Made by a program: the position numbers and the translations under genes
In this document: in pieces, positions 1 to 12,879 of the stretch
How the letters are laid out: each line of letters opens with the position of its first letter
Numbering within the stretch: the first letter of the stretch is position 1
Notes under the pieces: model-generated
Databases searched by the model: none
Told to the model about the DNA's origin: nothing
The model's input: the letters and a program-made list of their open reading frames with translations, nothing else
Source of the DNA: Anthoceros angustus
Lineage: Eukaryota > Plantae > Anthocerotophyta
Direction of reading: 5' to 3'
NCBI GenBank assembly: GCA_010909165.1
Contig: MU008166.1
Coordinates: forward strand, 1,612,001 to 1,676,000
Length of the DNA: 64,000 bases

Positions 1-408
1 GCGGCACAAAGTCGAGCCTAATGAAATGGCCAATCCAGCGCCGATGGCGGCCTCGCCTGAGCTAATAATTTCTAATAGGCATAGGTATAGAGTTTCGATA
101 GGCCTTCACTTGCGATAATCTACATAGTATGCGATTGCTGAAAAACCAATCTACGGAGGGATTTCACGAAGCATGGTTGATATCCGAAATGTAGAGGCAT
201 GTTGAAATGTTGAAATGTCACCGCAGATCCGGAAGAGGTTGAAGGACTGTATGCGGGGCGAAATGTCATTAGTGTAATGGCGATTGAGGTGATTCCACCG
301 AAAAACACATAGGAGTATTTAGATCCTTAGTGCTAAGGTTGAAGGATCCTCTGGTGACCTTCGAGTGAAGAGGAGCTCACACTTTGACTCCTCACCTCAC
401 TTCCAATC

Positions 409-597
409 TTGATCTCACTTCCGAGCTCAAACACGATCCCAAACGCAAGCGGAAGGTTAGTAAGCAAGCTGGAGTATGTGCCTACACAAGAAAACCCTGC
501 AGATATATTAACGAAAGCTCTTTCAAAAGAGCACGAGAAGCATGTTCGAGGTCCGGGGTTAGGAGAGTCCGGAACTTTCCTATCTAACCCCAACTAG
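409..597 (+). mobile_element. Ty1/copia RNase H C-terminal remnant
   Basis: Translation KLEYVPTQENPADILTKAL matches the copia pol-terminal motif L.YVPT..Q.ADI.TKAL. No intact upstream frame. Confidence 0.55.
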
Positions 598-1650
598 CCT
601 ACATGCCCTGCTACCTAATCCCATCGGATTGGGCGGTCTGAGGACTCTTCCTTTGGATTCTCCGAGTCGGAGGGACTGGAGGCCTTCGTAGCATCGAGTC
701 CTCACCGCACATGTAATCTTGGAGGAACAGATCCTCCTCAATCCTCAAGAGATCCTGCGGTCAAGACACAAAGCAATTAGATAGCTTTAGAGCGAGTGGG
801 AGTAGGAGCGAGATGAAGCAAAACCCAGTCACTTGCATGGCGACTTACAACATGACCGAGGGCAGTGTAACTTCACTCGATCCGTTTCATGACCGGACCG
901 GTATGCTTGCATCGATACGAGATAGGAGAGCTGGTACATTGCTAGGCTCACAATCTTCACATCCTTATCGGGGTTACCTCGAGGGAAATTCGAGGCCGTG
1001 AGGGCCTCACCTCCCTCCGTCAGACATAGCCTCAGCCCACAGGTCAGAGGCCCCGAGCTCCCTCTTCTGCGGGTGGCGTAGGGGCACGCGTGGGAGAAAT
1101 TGTGGAAGCTAAGCGCGCAATGGAGGACCTCCCATGTCCTCCGATTATGGCCTCGCGCCTAGTCCTCGGCCAGCGTTGAGGCGCTCCGTTTCTTGGTCGG
1201 CTCGAGCTTCCGCGGTGTGTCTGGTCCCTTGCGCGGCAGAGGAGGGTTGTCCCGCCTTGCTTGCCGCTAGGGAGTCTCTTGGTGGCGGGGTTCGCATCCT
1301 TAGAGGCGACATCTCGACGAGTTCGCTCCACAACCCTTCTCCAATTGCACAGGCGTGAAGATGAAGAAGAGGAATATAACGCACTGGTGAGGATGGTTTC
1401 TCACCGCACGCTCGAATATATACCGGCGAGGAGGGCGTACGCAATGCATCTGCAGCTTTCACCCGACTCCATCCTACAAGGACCGGAGATGATCCGTTGT
1501 TGGAGCATCACTTTCCAAAATGATCAACAAGTGGGAGTGAAGAGGTATACCCAAACACACCTCTGTCCGATCGGTCACCTCCTCCCGCTTCTCTCCGACG
1601 GTCACCTCCTCCCGGCAAGACAAAGCATTCAATTGGGCTTTGCAGCGGAC

Positions 1651-2050
1651 CGTGTTTTACAACACGATCCATTGCAAAGCGCACTTGTATGTTGTAAAAT
1701 GTTTGAGACGGCCGATCGGGCCTCTCTCATGTTTTACAACATACGCAACCTAATCTAATTTACAACACGATCCATTGCAAACCTCACTGTACATTGTAAA
1801 AGCGTTTAAGAGAGGCCAAGATAGGCCTCCACAATTTTACAACATAGTCTAATTTACAACACGATCCATTGCAAAGCGCACTTGTATGTTGTAAAATGTA
1901 TGACAAGGCCGGATCAGCCTCTGCGTTTACACCAAATTCACAACGTAGTCTCATATACAAGGTCCATTGCAAAGCGATCTTGCACGTTGTATACGCCTCG
2001 ATCGGGCTTCGTGCCATTGACAAATTCACATTGTAAGCGTAGTGCCATTG
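1651..2050. repeat. Array of TTTACAACACGATCCATTGCAAAGC...GTTGTAAAA units, CACTA subterminal-like
   Basis: About 4-5 imperfect copies. The core TACAAC(A)..TCCATTGCAAAGC resembles the reverse complement of the 10.5-11.2 kb array core. Confidence 0.6.
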
Positions 2051-2299
2051 ACAAATTCACGAGCCACCGGCGTCGAGAGACACAAGCCACGGTTCCCCAA
2101 GTACCACTTGCTTTCGTGCTCTCACATAAATCATAGCAAGAGTTAGGAAGCACAGAAGCGGGCCGCAACCAAGACTCCACAACACCCTCGGGCAAGAGAG
2201 ATGCACCACCTTCAAGCAAGAGACATGCACCACCTTCGTGCAAGAGACATGCGTCCTCTTCATGTGTCATTAGGCATCAAACAACTTCCACCAAAAATT

Positions 2300-3480
2300 G
2301 GACATCAGAACTCGAACGTGATTTCTTGATGCGAGAAGCCATATGAACTAGCATCCATGAATACACTAAGGAGTACCGGAGCCATTAAATGTATTCTACC
2401 GATCTCGCTTCCATCGGCCCTCTTCTCCTCGCTCTTGTCGCTATCCGGGACGCCCTGTTGATGTTCTACGGCTTTCCCCCTGTTGCATCCATGTGAAATG
2501 TGAAAGAGATGTAGTGTGGCAATTATGCAGGATGGATGTTGAAGCCATGAGAAAATGCGAGTGGACAACAAAGTTGCAATCGACATCGCACGCTTTGCAA
2601 GACGAGAATGCTCAAGCATTGAAAAACTTGATGCGCATCTTCTACTTCGCCACACTTTGCCTACATGTCCACCGGCAAGTGCCCACAAGTGTGTTATCTA
2701 GTCCTCTCTCCACAATGCAGTGCGGTGCCTTCTCTGTAAGGCACTTGCGTTTGCAGCCTTGGAAGGCAAGCAAAGGTAACATGGTTGCCCACAATCGTGC
2801 CCTCCTTCTCCATTTGTCCATACAGAACAAGCGCCTCTTGGCCAAGCCCATGATTTGCATACCCAACTATCGTGGCCGTCCATGTCACGACATCCTTTCG
2901 CCTAACCTATCGAAAACCGTGTTTGCCTCTTCCGATTCACCACGGTTTGCGTACATGTCCACCGAGCAGTTGGCAATAAACAAGTTCGGTGGAATGTCAC
3001 TGCAACATATCATGCGCACTTTTACGCTAGATTCGTGTCCACAAAGAAATGCACAAGCTTGAAGGGCTGCTACAAAGATGTGGGCATCCGCCTTCACACC
3101 GAGCGACACATCGCATAGTAAAGTTGTATCGCCTCATTAGGCTCCCCATGTGTAGCATGTGCGGAGATTATTGAAAACCACATGAAGGGATTTGGTTTGC
3201 CCACCCTCCTGTAGCCTACCTCCAAATACATACATCTGCAAGATATGTTTCCCCATGTATGTGATTGACTCGTACCCAAGTTTGACAGTGAGATCATGAA
3301 CGCGTCATCCCACTACGATGTCCTTCTTATCAGCACAAAGTTTTAGTACGACATATAAGATGGACTGAGGAATAGAATAGTCTATCTACGCCAGATTTTA
3401 CAGAGCTCCAACAGCCTCAGTAAGCTTTCCCTACTCACATAACGTGCCGATGGTTACAGGTGTCACGACTCCCATATCCA
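2300..3480 (-). pseudogene. PLS-class pentatricopeptide repeat (PPR) pseudogene
   Basis: Frameshifted PPR motifs: VLKLCADKKDIVVG*RVHDLTVKLGYES, WFSIISAHATHGEPNEAIQLY, HIFVAALQAC, VDMYANRGESEEANTVFDRL, WTATIVGYANHGLGQEALVLYGQM. Stops and frameshifts throughout. Confidence 0.85.
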
Positions 3481-3799
3481 ATCCGCACACCTCCTGTGCT
3501 CAGCTTTGGGAGAGCTCGACTTGGAAGGAGAAGCACAATGACCCACTGCATATTCAAAGAAACAAGCTTCTCATCCAACAAGTGGCTTGAACATGTTGTT
3601 TAACCCGAGGACCTCACCGGACTCCTTGCACCGAATGTCGGTGAGCGAGAGCTCCTCTTACCTCGCCTAGTTTCCCACGCACAAGAGGGGAGTCCTAGGA
3701 AGTGGTGATGGGAGGAGACTTGGTGTGGTCACACCGAGAAGCGGTGGCCGCTCAAGTCCGCTACGAGTCCGGTAGTCCTATCTATTCAAATAGGTAGGA

Positions 3800-4058
3800 C
3801 TCAAGTCCTTGGTCTTTGGGGTTTGGGAAGAAAGACTCAAGTCCTTGGTCTTGGGTTTGAATGATGTTCCTTGGTCCTTGGGAAAAGTAGCAAGTAGATA
3901 GAAGCCTATTTCGAGTCCTTGGTCTTGGGTTCGGAAGGATGTTCCTTGGTCCTTGGGAAAATGGTATGTAGATAGAAACCTAGTCCTTGGTCTTGGGTTT
4001 CGGAAGGATGTTCCTTGGTCCTTGGGAAAAGTAGCATGTAGATAGAAACCTATTTCGA
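3800..4058. repeat. Tandem repeat, ~70-77 bp unit, 3 copies plus a partial
   Basis: Unit AGTCCTTGGTCTTGGGTT(T)CGGAAGGATGTTCCTTGGTCCTTGGGAAAAGTAGCATGTAGATAGAAACCT. Confidence 0.85.
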
Positions 4059-5109
4059 GGGCCGAGGAAGGCAACTTCCTTGAACCATGGGAATTCCGTT
4101 TTCTAGATATTGCATGTAGGGCTATATATGCATGTTAGGTAGATCATAGGGGTAAAATTGGCCGACTCATCAAGGGCCCGGTCGGGACATGTATAATCTC
4201 GCTACTCCATGGCTGGAGTAGTGAGTTCAACCTAGGCCGGGAGTATACGGTTGAAAATTTTATAGCAACTGCGAATCTAGGTAGGAATCCTAGTGTACTT
4301 CCTTTTGGATTGCGTTCCGCAATTCCAATGGAGATACACTAGGACAAGCTACTGATTAGCGACTACATATAAATCGGTCGGACAAACACAATCGGCTCAA
4401 AGTGTGTGCGACTCACTTTGAGCCGCATAACCGCTCGCACTTGGGAACGGATCAGCTATAAAACTATAGTGTATGCATCGAGTTCGCTACTGGAAACAGG
4501 AACAAAGTGAGGCCCCAAGGAGCCCCTTACTCTCAAACTCCATGGCGTCAAAGAAACCATATGTGGGTCTTTCAACCGCCTCGGCAGCATGAGAGTGGGT
4601 GTGGGCGGTGTGTCACGGAACCTCGAAATGCGTTACGGTGTGCGATCGGAGGATTGAACTCTCATTAGGTACCGCCTAGCCGCTTCTTTGTCTTGGCAAC
4701 ATCAACAAGCGGCATGATGATGAGTGCCAAGAAGACTTAAATTCTTTAGCAAAGACTGCTTAAGGAGGGGCGAATCGAGGTTTTAAGACTCGGGCTCAAG
4801 TGGATGGCCGAGGAAGCATTGCCTTTAGCCCTTATTCTATTCATTCCCGGATCTTTTACACATTAAAGGGGCACGAGTCCCAAGCAATAGCCTTGAAAGC
4901 ACCTAAGGGACAACATAGCTACGCTCCATACAATCCCTCTATCGCCATCAAAATATCTCCGAGGAGCACACTCGCTAAGCAGCCCTCGTGCTCAAGCACT
5001 CCGTTGTCATATCTTGCCATTTTCATGCCAATGGTTTCCCTCAAAAGGAAAGAAGCATTAAAGCTTTATTTGTAGGCTTGCATGGGTCACCATCAAAACC
5101 TCATCACTC

Positions 5110-5430
5110 ATATGCTTTCACCACATGTACCGCCTGGTAATTGTGAGTTGCGGCATGGGGACCTCTTCCACTCCTCCAATATTGTGTCCAGATTGAGTTT
5201 GATCGGGATGACGAGCTATTTGCCACCGGAGTATCAAGGAGGATAAAAGTGTTTGAGTTTGCAACGGTGGTCAATGACATGGCTGATGTGCATTGTCCCA
5301 TGGTAGAAATGTCTACCCGCTCCAAATTGAGTTGTCCGAGTTGGAACAAGTACATAAAGTCGCACATTGCGTGCGGTGATTATGAAGGAACAGATGGGAT
5401 GTGAATACGTGCGAGCATCACGGAGTATGT
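5110..5430 (+). pseudogene. COP1: COP1 WD40-region fragment, degraded, no introns
   Basis: Across small frameshifts it reads ELRHGDLFHSSNIVS-IEFDRDDELFATG-VSRRIKVFEFATVVNDMADVHCPMVEMSTRSKLSCPSWNKYIKSHIACGDYEG..WDV. This closely matches the plant COP1 WD40 start. Confidence 0.9.
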
Positions 5431-7099
5431 GTACGACAGCCCGCCTTAAACCTCACCCGAAGTTTATTACTTGGTTCTCGAGGCGGCGGATTCGCGTTAC
5501 CATGGCTCCACTCCACCGGCTTTTGCAATCTAGTTTTCTCAACTAAGCTGAAGTGTTCGCCACTAAGAAGCCGAGAACTTTTGCAAAGAACAGTGTGGAG
5601 CCGAGCATGCTTAACCCGAAGGCATGCCTTTTGCCCCATTTTGGCGTTTTTCTGTTATTATGAATTTCTAATTACAAGAAAATCGACGCAATGTTCTCAA
5701 CACCACAATTACCGTGATGACCTCCTCTTTCCAACCATATGTTCGAAAAAGCACCACCCCTCGGTGAACATGCACAAATTTCCATAGCCATTTCGATCCA
5801 CCTTGGGCACCAGTGAGGTGAGCATCTTTCTTTGCCTACCATGAACTAAGGTCAGAGATACGTATGTACACAAGAATGTAGGGGATCGGCGCATGACACG
5901 ATCCTAAGCGCCGTGGCCGACCTTTCTTGAGAACAAGAGCCGAGGCACATGTGAAGAGAGGGTCTCTTAGTTTCCTTTTGTGCGTTCCATATGTGTACCA
6001 CTTTTACCTACTAGAGATTTTAGAACGTAAAAGTGAACTGAGCGTTGTAAATAGTAATAGTTTCTAATTTTACAACGGTGTGTTGTAAATGGTAATCGTT
6101 TGACTTAACAACGGGCGTTGCAAATAGTAGTTTCAAAGTCGTTTCATACAAACTCACCAGCCGAGTGAGAGGTGGTGAGCAGTGCACATGGCGGTGAGGC
6201 GGGTGCAATGCATGCAAGATCTTGTCCAAGGCGGAATACGTTTCAGACACAAGGCCCGGCCGCACCTTGTTTGCTTAAGATTGTCCGACTTGGCTTTGCA
6301 GCCTTCCAAGGATTGCTTGATCGAGAGAGATTGCCCGACTTTGCTTAGCGGCGTCACATGTTGAGTCCCGCCTCCCTCTCACGCCGCCGAGATCTTGGTC
6401 GGCATGACACGCTGTATTGCTCGCACACAAGCTCTAACAACGGCACATGGTGTTTAGTTAGTGACTACACACAAGCTCGTGTTTAGTTAGTGACCATCGA
6501 CCTACAACACAATTAGGGCTTACAGTGAATTCCTTGGATCAAGAAGGTTTGTGTGCATCCCCAATCTCTTATGCTTGGTGCTTTTTAGGGCACGCACTTT
6601 CATGGGCAAAGGTTGCTAAGCGCCTTTCTACTAACCCCAACCACCTTTTAATGTAGATGGTGCGCACTTGCAAGTCCGTTGGGCATTGTCATGCGAGCGC
6701 GATAAGGAAACAAGACTTTTGGCCACAACAAGATTAGTGGTGGGGACGCAGCAGGGATGCCGTGGTGGAAGGATCGCCTCTAACGGCTGGTGGTTGGGTT
6801 TAGTAGACAGCGCAAGCCGAGCGCTTCCGCTTGTCGAAGCCTAGCGTGCGTAAAAAATGGGCCACCGTGAAGGCAAAGAAGCGGGAGGGCGTCTCAAAAG
6901 GAGTGCTGGCCCGTCACCTCGAAATGTGAGTTGTGCATCAACGGCTTTGTCCAAGCGCAATCGCACCGCAGCCTGTGTTTGAATCACCGCCTTCAACTAG
7001 TTACCGCGAGCTCTAGGGTCGGTGATGATAATGAGCTCTAAAGCGATGGCTTTTCTTTTCTCACTTGTGTGTGGTAGGAAAGCGAGCGATCCGCCGATG

Positions 7100-7300
7100 C
7101 GGTGGAGAACAAGCCTCCTCCGATGCCGTGGAGGAGGAGCAGCCTCCTCCGATGCCGTGGAGGAGGAGCAGCCTCCTCTAATGCCGTGGAGGAGGAGGCG
7201 CCGCCTCGATGCCGTGGAGGAGGCAGCCTCCTCCGATGCCGTGGAGGAGGCAGCCTCCTCCGATGCCGTGGAGGAGGCAGCCTCCTCCGATGCCGTGGAG
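7100..7300. repeat. 27-bp tandem repeat GCAGCCTCCTCCGATGCCGTGGAGGAG
   Basis: About 6 imperfect copies visible directly. Confidence 0.85.
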
Positions 7301-7759
7301 AAGCAACCGACTGCCTCAAGTCACCACCACCTCCTCTTAGGTCTTGCGGATGAGAGAACAAGGGCCACCGGTGGCTTATGTGCACACGCAGACCTTTTGA
7401 GAAAGATGATAGGAAGAAGACAAGCTGCCGCTTCCTCCCTTGTCCGTGACACTGGCTCAAAACTTACCGGACCTTCAATCCAGTGTCCAGACTCCCATGC
7501 CACCTCCAGCCACTCCTACTCCTAACCCTTCCGTCAATGTTGGTTCTCGGTTTGAAGAAGTGCGGATGGAGCAGCAAGAAGTGGAAAATCCAGTGGAGGA
7601 GGGAGATGGCGGAGATCCGCCGCAATTGCCAAGGAGAAATCGAATTAAAGGCGCCCAAATGCACGCACGTCATTCCACATCGGACATTCATCTAGAATCG
7701 GTGTTCTTGGTTTTAGTTGAAAACCGACTCCTTGCTTTTACTTTCATAAGCTTGTCCGT

Positions 7760-8150
7760 AGGTGTGTGGCCTTGACCGCCCAATGTTTCTTTTGGTCTCA
7801 AGCCTAAACATGCAGTGTGTGGCCTTGAGCCGATGTTTCTTTTGGTCTGTTGCCTAAAGCCACAAGTGTGTGGCCTTGAGCCGATGTTTCTCTTTTGGTC
7901 TCGCAAGCCTAAACATGTGTGTGTGGCCTTGAGCCGATGTTTCTTTTGGTCTCTCAAACAGTGTGTGGCCTTGATCGCCTGTTGCTTTTGGTCTCTCAAG
8001 TCTAAACTGGCGTGTGTGGCCTTGATCGCCCATGTTTCTCTTTTGGTCTCGCAAGCCTAAACATGCGTGTGTGGCCTTGACCCCATGTTTCTCCTTTGGT
8101 CTCTCAAGCCTAAACAGTGTGTTTCTCGTTTGTCATCAAGCTAAACATGC
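7760..8150. repeat. ~50-55 bp tandem repeat GTGTGTGGCCTTGAGCCGATGTTTCTTTTGGTCTC...AAGCCTAAAC
   Basis: About 7 imperfect copies. Confidence 0.85.
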
Positions 8151-8439
8151 AGTGTGTGCTTGGCTAACTGCAAGGATGTACATGCCACATGCATGTCAGA
8201 GGCATGTGCACAAGCATGTGGCCTATACATGCCACTTACAGCCACATGCTCGCACGGCATGTACAAGCATATTCGATGTTTTCCTTCTCATGTGTGTTGG
8301 ATTAAAGAAGATTCATACGATTATGAAGTGCTCCAATTTCGGTTGAGGTGGGTAATGCGGCACTTCATGGATCCATTGATTGGCAACCGGGAGAGAAACT
8401 AGAGACACAAGCAATTGTGGAGGCAGCCATTCAAGAGAT

Positions 8440-8812
8440 GTTGGTGGGATTTGGAGCATGGCTCATGTGTGTGACCAAATGTTCAACACCATGTTGCGCA
8501 ATTGGAAGAACAATCTTGCAAGATGCGCAAGACAATTTCTTGAGGGTAATCATCCACCTAAGTATAAGCCTCGTGATATCTCGGTGACCGTGGGATCGCA
8601 TTGTGGAGAATGAAAAGCCAAGGCCGGGATGGAGATGTCGCACAAAACGCATAGCAATGTTGAGGAAGTTGAACTCGGATGCCCAGTATGCCCACTTTGG
8701 TAATGGTGGGTTTGTGAAGTTTACAAATCGGTTTTACCAACTCTTTGGTAGACGCCCCACGGAGCAAGAGACAGAGGTGCAAGAAGGCCGGAAATTGGAT
8801 AATAAAACTTGA
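8440..8812 (+). pseudogene. CACTA ORF1/TnpA-like (Ptta/En/Spm-type) fragment
   Basis: MLRNWKNNLAR..PPKYKPRDIS..W and YAHFGNGGFVKFTNRFYQLFGRRPTEQE fit the H..G..GF...GR.P...E pattern of this family. Frameshifted. Confidence 0.5.
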
Positions 8813-9714
8813 AACATATTGACGCCAATCTTCCTCATCCGGCGTTTGGCTCCAACCCGAGAATAGGTGCCAAACAATTGTGGCGGGACCTCAAGGATGC
8901 TGGTTACAAAGATGATGATTTGGATGGTAAGATTTTGATTTGATGTCTTTGCAAGTTTTGATTGTCCTATTTTAACTCTGTTTTTTGGATTTGCCATAGG
9001 AGCCGTAATACGGGCATTGGAGCGCAAGTGGATGATGACGGCTGGTTTTTGGACAATTTGGTGCCTAGATTGAAGCCCGGGTTAAGTGAGGATCTTTCTC
9101 CTCTGTAGTTCTTATAGAAGATCTTTCAAGTCTTTGTTGTAACACGGCTTCTTGGTAACATATTCGATTCTTGCAGAATCGGGTGTGGCCTCCGCCCCTC
9201 GGGTGGGAAGCCTTAACCTCCCAAGTGTGGTCGACCGGTGTGGAGCAAGCCACGATGAAGTACTTGTTGAAGTTGAACCACTCCATCTCATGGAAGAGGT
9301 GGAAGAATTTGAAGAGGTTGAGGTATCCCTCTCTAAATGCAGGAAAAGTTTTTCAATCTCATGGCCTCTCATCGAATCGACGACAGAACTTGAAGCTCAA
9401 CGCCTTGTGTGAAGCTAGGTCCGGACTACGCCAAAGAGCTCAAGTCATCAAGGGTGAAGAGCATGAAGAGGAAGGAAATGAGGCTTCAACAAGTCCAATT
9501 TGAAGAGATCAAGGAGCGAGGAATTCTAGTTTGGTGCTTTCTTTTAGTTGCTCCTTAGAAACTCTTAGAAATTGATAATCGACATCGGCTTTTGTGGGAA
9601 TGTCCCTTTGTGTGTGTCTGGGGAATGGCCCCAATGTTTGTGAGTGTGTGTGTCTGGGGAATGGCCCCATGTTTGTTTGTGGGAGTCGTGGGAATGGCTT
9701 CTATGTTTGTGTGT

Positions 9715-9717
9715 TTA

Positions 9718-9753
<36 letters not shown>

Positions 9754-10160
9754 TGTGTGTGTGAGTTTTGTGCGAGCCTGCAAGAGTGTGTGCGAGCCTT
9801 GTGAGCCTATGAGCACTGTGAGAGCCTATGAGCACTGTGAGAGCTTGTGAGCCAGAGCTTGTGAGCCTTGAAAATTGAGCCTTGAGCTGAGAGGGAGAGT
9901 CTGAGCTGTGAAACTGTGAGAGGGAGAGTCTGAGCCTGTGAGCTGTGAGAGGCGAGAGCTTGTGAGCTGTGAGAGCCTGTGAGCTTGTGAGAGCTTGTGA
10001 GAGCTTGTGAGCCAGAGCTTGTGAGAGAGAGCTTGTGAGGCGAGAGCTTGTGAGAGCTTGTGAGGCGAGGCGAGAGCTTGTGAGCTTGTGAGCTGTGAGA
10101 GCCTGTGAGCTGTGAGCGGGCGAGCCTATGAGCGTGAGAGCTTGTGAGCCTGATTATGTG
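9715..10160. repeat. (GT)n microsatellite followed by a degenerate GAGCTTGT/GAGCCTGT low-complexity array
   Basis: Directly visible. Confidence 0.9.
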
Positions 10161-10476
10161 AGAGCCCGTGTGGGTTTGTGCGAGTTGTGTGGGCCGTTGT
10201 GAGTTTGTGTGAGTTGAATGTGTGGATTTGTGTGAGGATCTGTTCATTTTGGGGTTTAGAATCGCTTGCATTTGGTAGTAGCATTCCATTTCTCGTGTGT
10301 CCCACTAATGCACAACAAGGTGCGATACAAAATTTACAACAAAGGACGTTGTAAAACACTTGTTGTAAATATGCCCCATTTAAAGAAGCTGAAAATAGAT
10401 ATTTGTGTTATTAATAATATGTATTTTGTTTAAAGTCTTTATATATATATATAATACTTAAAAGGGCGTAATTTAA

Positions 10477-11182
10477 ATGTTGTAATTGCTTTGCAATTGG
10501 GATGTTGTAGATGGTTTTGTAAAAACAGTCGTTGTAAAGCGCTACCCACAGACGTCTCAAACTTAGATGTTGTAATTGCTTTTGCAATTGGGATGTTGTA
10601 GATGGTTTTGTAAAAACAGTCGTTGTAAAGCGCGTTGTACCCACAGACGTCTCAAACTTAGATGTTGTAATTGCTTTTGCAATTGGGATGTTGTAGATGG
10701 TTTTGTAAAGCAGTCGTTGTAAAGCGTTGTACCCACAGACGTCTCAAACTTAGATGTTGTAATTGCTTTTGCAATTGGGATGTTGTAGATGGTTTTGTAA
10801 AAACAGTCGTTGTAAAGCGTTGTACCCACACCGAGACGCCTCAAACTTAGATGTTGTAATTGCTTTGCAATTGGGATGTTGTAGATGGTTTTGTAAAGCA
10901 GTCGTTGTAAAGCGTTGTACCCACAGACGTCTCAAACTTAGATGTTGTAATTGCTTTGCAATTGGGATGTTGTAGATGGTTTTGTAAAACACTTGTTGTA
11001 AAGCGCGTTGTACCCACACCGAGACGTCTCAAACTTAGATGTTGTAATTGCTTTTGCAATTGGGATGTTGTAAAATGGTTTTGTAAAAGCAGTCGTTGTA
11101 AAGCGTTGTACCCACAAGACGTCTCAAACTTAGATGTTGTAATTGCTTTTGCAATTGGGATGTTGTAAAATGGTTTTGTAAA
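10477..11182. repeat. ~90-98 bp tandem array (about 7.5 copies), CACTA subterminal
   Basis: Unit ATGTTGTAATTGCTTTGCAATTGGGATGTTGTAGATGGTTTTGTAAAAACAGTCGTTGTAAAGCG...CCCACAGACGTCTCAAACTTAG, about 300 bp from the TIR. Confidence 0.9.
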
Positions 11183-11721
11183 ATGGCACCACGTCATCAC
11201 ATGGTGATGTGGCAATGAGGCCATGTCATCAAATTATGCCATGTCATCACCTGATGATGTGGCAATGAAGGGCCATGTGGCAACAACATGCCATGTCATC
11301 ACTTGGTGATGTGGCGATGATGTGGCGCCACATCACCACTTTAATGACATGGCACTGGAACTGGCCATGTCAGCAATTTTACAACGTCATGAAGCTCTCG
11401 GTTTACAACGGCGTTGTTGCGCCGTTTTACAACGCCACGTTGTAACACCCGTTGTAAAAACCGTTGTAAAAACCCTCATTTTCTTGTAGTGAACGTTTAA
11501 AGACTCGTTCTCGTCCCCGTCTCTTCTCTCGTCTGAGAGTGCTTCCTCCCGCTCCACTCTTGTCACTCTTGTCTGCACCCTACGGTGCCCGGTTTGGCAA
11601 TGTGTATTCTGGCAAAGGCCGGGCTGCAGCACCCCCACATCTACTTCCGCCGGTCCGACCAGTCCAGGCTCTACACGCTCTCCATGGTGACTGGCTTCTC
11701 GAGCTCGCGTCCGCTCCGGTC

Positions 11722-12780
11722 TGCTAGTCGCCTTCGTCCCGCCCTTGAAGAGCAAGGGTTGCGGCTCCTCCACACTTGCAATCACCTTCACACGTTAGGG
11801 GGTTCGTCACAAGAACCTGAATAGTCCTCTCTGGAGTAGTCCGCCCGCTCGGTGACTTGGGCCTCGCTCCAGCACTTGGCTTACAAGAGCCTGTATGCAC
11901 AACGCAGTATCAACCCCAAAAGGAAAATTTGCATTATGGGGACGTCAAACCCCTTCTGATATTGCTCTTAAGGCAGTGTCTTTATTACATCCGTAAAACT
12001 GGCCTTACCGCTAGCTACCTATACACGCGCAAGTGACGCCAGATCCTTGCGCGTGTCTGCCTACGTCTACGGCGATAAGGCTCTTGTTGGTGATTCCGAC
12101 TGCAATGCCAAACTACGCACCGAGGCGCCCGGTCGATTATTCTCGACCCTTGTAGTCCTGCAGAGGCCTGACCCCTACCTCGAATCCGGTTGGGCTATGC
12201 CTTTGAGGGCGGTGACAACCATTGTCCTAAATCCTCCTTTGGCTCGGTGGCGGCCGCTCGGCGTCGCTCCTCGCTAGTCGCCGTCCGCCCTTGAAGAGCA
12301 AGGGTTGCGGCTCCTCCACTTGCAATCACCTTCACACGTTGGGGGTTCGTCACAGGCACGAATAGTCCTCTCTGGAGTAGTCGCCCGCTCGGTGACTTGG
12401 GCCTCGCTCCGACTTGGCTTACAAGAGCTGTATACTGTGATATCAACCCCAAAAGGAAAATTTGCATTATGGGGACGTCAAACCCCTTGATATTGCTCTT
12501 AAGGCGGTGTCTTTATTACATCCGTAAAGCCGGCCTTACCGCTAGCTACCTATACGCGCAAGTGACGCGGATCCTTGCGGCGTGTCCTCGTCTACGGCGA
12601 TAAGGCTCTTGTTGGTGATTCCGACTGCAATGCCAAACTACGCACCGAGGCGCCCGGTCGATTATTCTCGACCCTTGTAGTCCTGCAGGCTGACCCCTAC
12701 CTCGAATCCGGTTGGGCTATGCCTTTGAGGGCGGTGACAACCATTGTCCACTAAATCCTCCTTTGGCTCGGTGGCGGCGC
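11722..12780. repeat. Imperfect tandem duplication, ~550 bp period, LTR-like sequence
   Basis: GCTAGTCGCC...CCCTTGAAGAGCAAGGGTTGCGG recurs at ~11722 and ~12271 and stays colinear to ~12780. Confidence 0.85.
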
Positions 12781-12879
12781 ACGGTCTCCACCGCCCTTGT
12801 GCCATGATGGGTCCCCTACCCCCTGGTCCGTCCGAGGTGCATTGCCAGTGCATCCCCAACCAAGTCCCCTTAACGCGTC

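Larger units (their letters stand above)
5670..11491 (+). mobile_element. CACTA (En/Spm) DNA transposon, degenerate; left boundary uncertain
   Basis: Right TIR TTTTCTTGTAGTG at 11479-11491 (reverse complement CACTACAAGAAAA), preceded by subterminal arrays and GCCACGTCATC-type repeats. A possible decayed left TIR AATTACAAGAAAAT lies at ~5670. An internal TnpA-like fragment is present. Confidence 0.7.

Noticed and set aside
3594-4707. Possible solo LTR (TGTTG...CAACA)
   Set aside because: Flanking 5-mers do not match as a TSD, and no PBS or PPT was found.
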